From an uncultured bacterium (GTDB lineage: Bacteria; Acidobacteriota; Thermoanaerobaculia; Multivoradales; JAHZIX01): a stretch of DNA of 64,000 bases. The stretch covers positions 146,644 to 210,643 of the forward strand of contig CBDUPA010000013.1 of the NCBI GenBank assembly GCA_965368975.1. The letters are read 5' to 3'. Numbering within the stretch: the first letter of the stretch is position 1; every line of letters starts with the position of its first letter. The notes under the pieces were generated by a model that was not told the DNA's origin, searched no databases, and worked only from the letters and a program-made list of their open reading frames with translations. The position numbers were made by a program, and so were the translations under genes. Positions 58,408 through 64,000 of the stretch are shown here, piece by piece.

Positions 58408-59386
58408 GGTTCGCGCCCTCCCCCGCGTCTTCGGCGGCGTCTTCAGCCGTGCCCTCAGATCGAGGTGGCCGCTGGTCCGGTGGCAAGAGTGGGTAGTTCA
58501 ACTTCTCGCGGCTCGCCGCATACGCCTTGGCACACCCGACCGCCAGGTCGCGCACGCGCTTGATCAAGCCGACACGTTCGGTCACCGACACCGCACCGCG
58601 GGCGTCGAGCAGGTTGAACAGATGCGAGCACTTGAGCGCACACTCGTAGGCCGGCAAGACCAGCTCGGCGTCGAGGCAGCGCTGTGACTCGCGCTCGTGA
58701 CCGTCGAAGCGGATGCGCAGGAAGTCGACGTCCGCGACCTCGAAGGCGTACTTCGACGATTCGTACTCGTCCTGGTGGCGCACCTGGCCATAGTTGACAG
58801 CCGTAGAGTTCACTGCATCGATCCCGGCACCGTCTCCGCCACTCACCCAGTCGATGTCGTACAAGCTGCGTTTCTGGCTCAGGAACATGGTGATGCGCTC
58901 CAGGCCGTACGTGATCTCGGCGCTGATCGGCTGCAACTCCAGGCCACCCGCCTGCTGGAAGTAAGTGAACTGGGTGATCTCCATGCCGTCGAGCATCACC
59001 TGCCAGCCGACGCCCCAGGCGCCGAGCGTCGGAGACTCCCAATTGTCCTCCTCGAAGCGCAGGTCGTGCGCCGTCAGGTCGAGCCCCAAGGCTTCCAGGC
59101 TGCGCACGTAGATCGCCTGGATGTCCGCCGGGTGGGGCTTGAGGATGACCTGGAACTGGTAGTGTTTGCCCAGGCGGAAGGGGTTGTCGCCGTACCGACC
59201 GTCGGCCGGGCGGCGTGACGGTTGCACGTAGGCGACACGCCAGGGCTCCGGACCGAGCACGCGCAGGAAGGTGTCCGGATGCATCGTACCGGCGCCGACC
59301 TCGAGGTCGTAGGGCTGCTGGATGACACATCCCTGGCCGGCCCAGAAGGTCGACAGCTTGAGGATCAAGTCTTGAAAGGACTGCAT
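58400..59386 (-). CDS. glyQ: Glycine--tRNA ligase alpha subunit
   Basis: [57 protein letters not shown]. Confidence 0.98.
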   Translation of the reverse strand: MQSFQDLILKLSTFWAGQGCVIQQPYDLEVGAGTMHPDTFLRVLGPEPWRVAYVQPSRRPADGRYGDNPFRLGKHYQFQVILKPHPADIQAIYVRSLEALGLDLTAHDLRFEEDNWESPTLGAWGVGWQVMLDGMEITQFTYFQQAGGLELQPISAEITYGLERITMFLSQKRSLYDIDWVSGGDGAGIDAVNSTAVNYGQVRHQDEYESSKYAFEVADVDFLRIRFDGHERESQRCLDAELVLPAYECALKCSHLFNLLDARGAVSVTERVGLIKRVRDLAVGCAKAYAASREKLNYPLLPPDQRPPRSEGTAEDAAEDAGEGANHG

Positions 59387-59478
59387 GGGGTCTCTCGGGG
59401 TTGAGTATCGTGAGTCGGGTGACGGCGAGCCGAAACCCTACCGGATCCGGGATGCGTCGTAAAGACGCCAGCGCGCCG

Positions 59479-60249
59479 TCAGGAGGAAGCGCGTTCGACC
59501 TCGGCCTGGGTACGGCGGATCACCTCATAGCTGCGCAGCTCGCGCTGCAGGAATCCTCGCCGGACCCGCCGGCACAACTCCTCCACCACACGCAGCGTCT
59601 CGGCAGTCGGCGGGTGCTCCGCCAGCTCCTGCAGACGCCGGCTCTGAATGACGCGCAGGAACCCCAAGACCTCCGGCCCGACCGTCAGCGTGTCCGGCCC
59701 CGGCGCCGCGCACTCCGGGCCTAGGAGAGCGTCCCCATTGGGCGGCAACAGTGCCCGCCCAGCGAAGGGCTCGCCACACGCCGGGCAGTCCACGGGCGGC
59801 GGGAAGATACCCGCGAGACGCAGCACCCAGGCCTCGAAGTAGCGCGCGGCCAGGTCCGGCGCGGTGCCGTCGAGCAAGGCCTGGAGCGTCGAATCGAGCA
59901 GGCGGAAGTAGAGATCCCCCGGCTCGTTGTCCTGAACGAATTCGAGCAAGTGGTCCACCAGGTAGGAGCCGAGCAACAGCCCGTCGAGATCCTGCTGCAA
60001 CTTGCCGGCGGAACGCTCCAGCTCCACCTGCGTGATGCGTCCTAGATCCCGCCCTTCCTTCTCGAACCAGGTCACCTTGACCTTGGCGAGCGGCTGCAAC
60101 TCCCCGGCGAAGCGCGAGAAGCGGCGCTTGGCGCCCCTGGCGACGCCCTTCTTCTTGCCTTGTTGGCGGGTCAGGAAGGTGACGATGCGATCTTGATCGT
60201 GAAGGTCGAGAACGTCCAAGATCAGGGCGTCAGTGGTGAAGAATTCCAT
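59479..60249 (-). CDS. recO: DNA repair protein RecO
   Basis: OB-fold start (DRIVTFLT..GK..GVARGAKR..SRF), CPAC zinc-finger remnant, position upstream of glyQS. Confidence 0.93.
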   Translation of the reverse strand: MEFFTTDALILDVLDLHDQDRIVTFLTRQQGKKKGVARGAKRRFSRFAGELQPLAKVKVTWFEKEGRDLGRITQVELERSAGKLQQDLDGLLLGSYLVDHLLEFVQDNEPGDLYFRLLDSTLQALLDGTAPDLAARYFEAWVLRLAGIFPPPVDCPACGEPFAGRALLPPNGDALLGPECAAPGPDTLTVGPEVLGFLRVIQSRRLQELAEHPPTAETLRVVEELCRRVRRGFLQRELRSYEVIRRTQAEVERASS

Positions 60250-60273
60250 CGCGGGTCGCGTGCGGACTGCAGC

Positions 60274-62370
60274 CTAGGACACCGTACAGACTGGCGCGCT
60301 GAGCGTCGCCGCGATGCCCGAAGTGCTCACCGGCTGAATCGCATAGGCGCTGGCCGCTGCGGCTGGCGCGAATAACGGTTGCGACAGATCGTAGACCGTC
60401 AGCGTCGTGCGGCCTAAGAACTGCCAGCAGGTGGAGCTGCCGGTCTGGGCGAAGACGTTGTAGTACCAGGGCGTGGGTGTAGACGGTGCTGTCCAGCCGA
60501 GGTTGCCCTGGTCAAGCTGCGGCTGGATCAGCGCCGGAGTCTGGACTTGGTCGAGGTCGAGCAGGCGCAGCTCGCCGAAGACGAGCTCGGCGGTCTGCGC
60601 TCTGCTACCCACATTGGTGAGACCTACCGAAAGGCGCGTCACCGTCTTGCCACCCTGACCGCTCAGCGGCGCCTCGGCCTGCAGCCACCCTACTCCAGAC
60701 GCCTGACCGATCACCCGTGTAGTCGAACCATCGTCGAAGGTGACGCGAAAGTACGGCGACAGGCCGCTGCCGCCGGTATGCAGGTAGCTGAAGGCGATCC
60801 CGGGGTTGGTCGGCAACACGGTCCGGGTCTGATACAGCGCATACTCCGCGTCCTCCCCCGGTACCACCGAGCCGCCTAGTGCCAGGGACGAGCCGCCATC
60901 GTAGGCCAAATTGTAGGAAACGACGGCCCCGACACTCGAAGCGGGGTTGATCTTGCACAGCCAAGTCGGGGCTACGTCCTGCGTCGATAGCTGGTTCCAG
61001 CTTGAGGACAACAGGGTTTGTCCCTGGAGCGTGAAGAGTCCACCTTCGCCTTCGTTGAAGCGGGTGACGAAGGGCACCGGTAGCACCGGCGTGCTCGGCG
61101 GCACGAAAGCGGACACAGCGTTGAGGCCGGACGGCAGCGTGCAGGCGGTGCCGCTCGGCACCGCCTGGTAGCCAAGCCAATAGGCGTCGTCAGCGGCTTG
61201 GAAGGCCTGCCGGTCGGCATAGGTGTCCGGCCGTGGCTGACCATTGTCCGGCGTGCCGCCGTAGGCCGTCCACTGTGCCGCAAAGAAGGCGAAACTCTGG
61301 TAGTACGGCGGCAACGGCGCTCCAGTGCCGCTGGCTCGGATCGCCCCGACCCCCTGGCCCCCGAAGAGGCAGGCGCTGTTCAGGCAAGGGTTGCCGGAGG
61401 CCCCGGCGACCGGCGGGTTTCCGTTGAAGATCGTGTCCGCCCCCATGGTGCATGATATCCCTTGCGAGTAGCGGTAGACGTCGAGGTTCCAAAAGCTGTC
61501 GAAGCGCCGGTCTGCCTCCCCTTTGCCGTTCAGATAATTGTAGCTCTGCTGCGGCTGCGGCTGCTGGTTAGGGCTACCGCAGGACATGTAGGCATAGTCG
61601 GACTCCCACTCCCCCGCCGCCTGGAACAATGGATAGCTCTGGTCGTTGACCGCGTCAACGCCGGCCTGGTAGGTCAGCACTTCGACGGTCTGACCGCTGG
61701 AGAGCTTCATGCGCTGGAGTGCCTCGAGGTTGGCCAGGAGATTCTTCGACGAGGTGGCCCCGGCCTCGATGTCAATCAGCCAGCCGTCGAAGCCATAGGC
61801 CTCGGCGATGGCGTGCAGCTGCTGCGCTGGCTGCAGGCCATTGGCTGGAGCGAACAGGTCATTGAACTGCTCGCCGCAGCCGCTGCAGTCGCTGGTCATC
61901 GTGCCCAGCACCTTGACCCCGTTACGGTGTGCGGCGTTGACCCACACCGTAGGCGGCACCGCCAGCAGTGCGTGGAAGTAGTAATTCAGCGACGCGACGT
62001 AGGGCCAGTTGGTGAAGTTGTAGACGTTACCGCTGCTGCCCCCCTGCGGGTCGCGGTCGAACCAGGCCTGGAAGGCGCGCGAGCCAAGGTCGACGGTGCT
62101 GATCACGCGCGGGCCATCGGGCAGAGTGCGCGGCGCCAGCGGTACGTTGGCAACATCGAATGGGCTGACCGACGACGACTGCCAGTCGAGCACGTCCTGC
62201 GCCGTGTACAAGCAGGGATAGCTGCCGCAGTCCGCGCCGCCGCCGGTCGCCAGCTCGGCCTCCGGCGCTTCGGGTGGTGCACCGCAAGCCATGAATAATG
62301 CTGCGGTCAGGGAGATCAGCCAGCGGCGCTGAACTCGGCCGGGAACATGCCGGAACCTCGACTCTTGCAT
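60274..62370 (-). CDS. GH85 endo-beta-N-acetylglucosaminidase-like lipoprotein
   Basis: FMAC lipobox; YNFTNWPYV, VPPTVWVNAAHRNGVKVLGT, YGFDGWLIDIE, PFVTRFNEGEG, WNQLSTQDVAPTW, AYDGGSSL. Confidence 0.85.
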   Translation of the reverse strand: MQESRFRHVPGRVQRRWLISLTAALFMACGAPPEAPEAELATGGGADCGSYPCLYTAQDVLDWQSSSVSPFDVANVPLAPRTLPDGPRVISTVDLGSRAFQAWFDRDPQGGSSGNVYNFTNWPYVASLNYYFHALLAVPPTVWVNAAHRNGVKVLGTMTSDCSGCGEQFNDLFAPANGLQPAQQLHAIAEAYGFDGWLIDIEAGATSSKNLLANLEALQRMKLSSGQTVEVLTYQAGVDAVNDQSYPLFQAAGEWESDYAYMSCGSPNQQPQPQQSYNYLNGKGEADRRFDSFWNLDVYRYSQGISCTMGADTIFNGNPPVAGASGNPCLNSACLFGGQGVGAIRASGTGAPLPPYYQSFAFFAAQWTAYGGTPDNGQPRPDTYADRQAFQAADDAYWLGYQAVPSGTACTLPSGLNAVSAFVPPSTPVLPVPFVTRFNEGEGGLFTLQGQTLLSSSWNQLSTQDVAPTWLCKINPASSVGAVVSYNLAYDGGSSLALGGSVVPGEDAEYALYQTRTVLPTNPGIAFSYLHTGGSGLSPYFRVTFDDGSTTRVIGQASGVGWLQAEAPLSGQGGKTVTRLSVGLTNVGSRAQTAELVFGELRLLDLDQVQTPALIQPQLDQGNLGWTAPSTPTPWYYNVFAQTGSSTCWQFLGRTTLTVYDLSQPLFAPAAAASAYAIQPVSTSGIAATLSAPVCTVS

Positions 62371-62738
62371 GGGAATACCTCCGCGATGATCGTATCAGCT
62401 GTTGCGCGCAGTCTCGCACATCGACACCGCGCAGCACTAGCAACTGTACCTGCACCGGGAAAGCGACGCATGCGTCGCCTCCAACGCCTAGGGCACCAGC
62501 TGCTGCATCATCGCCAGAGTTCTTGCCCCAGGTAGGCGTTCTACAACTGGGGGGAATTCATCCGTTTGCTCCACGCTCTCAGACTTTATCAAGCTTGCGG
62601 GATCTCCCCCCATCCGAGTACACCTGACGGCATCGGAGATGCACGAGTGCTCAAGAGAAACCAAGAGATAGCAAAAATATCGCATTCAATTACACAGAGT
62701 ACGACACGAATCCTAACGATATTCAGGTCGCGAAATTA

Positions 62739-62767
62739 TTGACGTGATACTACGGCAGTGCTATCAT
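62739..62767 (+). promoter_or_regulatory. Candidate sigma70 promoter for the tandem precursor genes
   Basis: TTGACG-N17-TATCAT with extended -10 TG. Confidence 0.6.
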
Positions 62768-62864
62768 TCAGGCAAGATCATGTGAGTCCAAGCGCCAGCA
62801 CGTCCAGTGCTCGGCGCGTTTCGTTGGAATACCCCCTTTAAATGAAAGAGGAGGCAGATTCGTC

Positions 62865-63062
62865 ATGGAAAAAGACAAGGTCGTTGGTGCGTGGAAGGAT
62901 GCGGATGCTCGCGCAGAGCTGAGTGACGAGGAACGTGCGCTGCTACCCGAGAACCCTGCGGGGGCAGCTGATCTGACCGACGAGGCACTGGATGACGTCG
63001 CGGGTGGAGGCTCTTGTGTCGCCTGGAGCTGTAACAACCCACAGCCGACTCCGACCACCTGA
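62865..63062 (+). CDS. RiPP precursor 1, mersacidin/lichenicidin-type leader
   Basis: RBS GAGGAGG; VGAWKDADARAELSDEERALLPENPAG..DLTDEALDDVAGG leader; core GSCVAWSCNNPQPTPTT. Confidence 0.9.
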   Translation: MEKDKVVGAWKDADARAELSDEERALLPENPAGAADLTDEALDDVAGGGSCVAWSCNNPQPTPTT

Positions 63063-63279
63063 GAACTAGAGCACGACTAATCCTACCTTTAGCATTGAGG
63101 AGGTCCCTCCTATGGAACAAGACAAAGTCGTTGGTGCGTGGAAGGATGCGGATGCTCGCGCAGAGCTGAGTGACGAGGAACGTGCGCTGCTACCCGAGAA
63201 CCCTGCGGGGGCAGCTGATCTGACCGACGAGGCACTGGATGACGTCGCGGGCGGAGGCTCTTGTGTCGCCTGGAGCTGC
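62865..63279 (+). repeat. Direct repeat, 2 x 168 bp (62865-63032 and 63112-63279)
   Basis: 4 substitutions over 56 codons by manual comparison; copies diverge after the second Cys codon. Confidence 0.9.
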
Positions 63280-63306
63280 TCGAATCCAACACCGACTCCA
63301 GGTTAG
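63112..63306 (+). CDS. RiPP precursor 2, mersacidin/lichenicidin-type leader
   Basis: RBS GAGGAGG; same leader; core GSCVAWSCSNPTPTPG. Confidence 0.9.
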   Translation: MEQDKVVGAWKDADARAELSDEERALLPENPAGAADLTDEALDDVAGGGSCVAWSCSNPTPTPG

Positions 63307-63430
63307 AACCAAGCCAGACTGCAACAGTCCTTCAGCATGAACTTGCAAGAAGTGGGCAAGCTTGCCGCTTGCCCACTTCTTGTATCTTGGACCGAGCGCC
63401 GTAGCGACCGAAGGTACCAGTACACCCAGC

Positions 63431-64000
63431 ATGCAGCTCTCGACTCTCGACTACATACGTCTGGTTGCCCCTTCTTTTCCCCCGCGTCTCATTTCTGAGA
63501 CGACCGCCTCCTGGTGCCACGACGTAGCCGGGCGACTCCCTCCCTCCTCCAACATTATCTTCGAGTGCAGGCTCGCAGAGCCTGAGCCCAAGGCCGATTT
63601 CCTGGTCGCTGTTCTTCCTTCTGACGGCAGCCTCGGTGCCTGGACAGGCTCGAATTCGTTGTCGGTTCTTCCCGATGTACCTAGCTCTGAACCGACCTGG
63701 AGCAAGATCCTCAGCTTCCTTCGCGCCTGGGAAGGTGGCGACGAGAGACTCTCCCCTTTGTATGATGTTTGGCTGGAGTTCGATCAGTCCCACGGCTTGC
63801 CAGAACCAAGCTTTTTCTTCGGATACAACGATGCGCTGGGGCTCAACCACCCAGAGCTGACAGCTGAACTCATCGCTGATCTACAAGCAGCGCCCTTGCC
63901 AGACGCTCGACTGAACCAGCTGCGCAACTGTTTCCTGGCTCTGCCTGCCTATTCCGACGAATCCGACCGGGTATTCCGACTGAATCCGATCTGGAGTCGG
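63431..64000 (+). CDS. Putative RiPP maturase, N-terminal 190 codons (runs off the window; possibly prenyltransferase-like); not in the ORF track
   Basis: Open frame MQLSTLDYIRLVAPSFPPRLIS...IIFECRLAEPEPKADFLV...WSKILSFLRAW...VWLEFDQSHGLPEPSFFFG... with no stop to 64000. Confidence 0.7.
   Translation, partial: MQLSTLDYIRLVAPSFPPRLISETTASWCHDVAGRLPPSSNIIFECRLAEPEPKADFLVAVLPSDGSLGAWTGSNSLSVLPDVPSSEPTWSKILSFLRAWEGGDERLSPLYDVWLEFDQSHGLPEPSFFFGYNDALGLNHPELTAELIADLQAAPLPDARLNQLRNCFLALPAYSDESDRVFRLNPIWSR

Noticed and set aside
39367-62700. Similar TTCA(A)TTAC..ACAGA words upstream of both RiPP promoters (39367 and 62685)
   Set aside because: Short, gapped, AT-rich and at different distances from the -35 box (36 versus 54 bp); not distinguishable from chance by eye.
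62865-63306. CRISPR array or IS-end interpretation of the direct repeat
   Set aside because: Only two copies, each a coding ORF with its own RBS; no spacers, cas or transposase genes.
63332-63850. 172-aa minus-strand ORF after the precursors
   Set aside because: Antisense to the plus-strand frame from 63431, which is co-oriented with the precursors and reads as a more protein-like sequence.
1-64000. Many long antisense or alternate-frame ORFs (e.g. 10598-12019, 13393-14880, 26536-28026, 42178-43518, 31047-32330, 33944-35113)
   Set aside because: They shadow well-supported genes, are typical of high-GC codon bias and carry no recognisable motifs.

Overview
A high-GC bacterial chromosomal segment; gene content and order suggest Acidobacteriota (inference). 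The housekeeping backbone includes pnp, a Nif3-like gene, rimK plus an ASPA-family gene, thiE-like/lspA/RluA-family genes, dnaE2, pepF, a Leu dehydrogenase, an rfbF/C-methyltransferase/rfbC sugar cluster and recO-glyQ-glyS. Four lower-GC accessory loci interrupt it. (1) At 6.4-8.8 kb, a frameshifted SEFIR/TIR-kinase remnant next to an AAA_14/DUF4143 ATPase. (2) At 29.6-36.9 kb, a Trypco2 / trypsin / MoxR / vWA-like-FGS conflict-type operon with three FGS (FGE-like) domains, one ending in a segment resembling a DGR variable region, bounded by a REP-like doublet. (3) At 39.4-41.6 kb, a 59-aa lanthipeptide-type precursor absent from the ORF track, a stand-alone LanC-fold protein that has lost all three zinc ligands, and a secreted 10-Cys protein. 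(4) At 62.7-64.0 kb, two near-identical mersacidin/lichenicidin-leader precursors (core GSCVAWSC...) followed by a non-LanM ORF, also absent from the track, that runs off the window. No rRNA, tRNA, CRISPR array, transposase or reverse transcriptase was recognised. All calls come from reading motifs by eye; no database searches were run.
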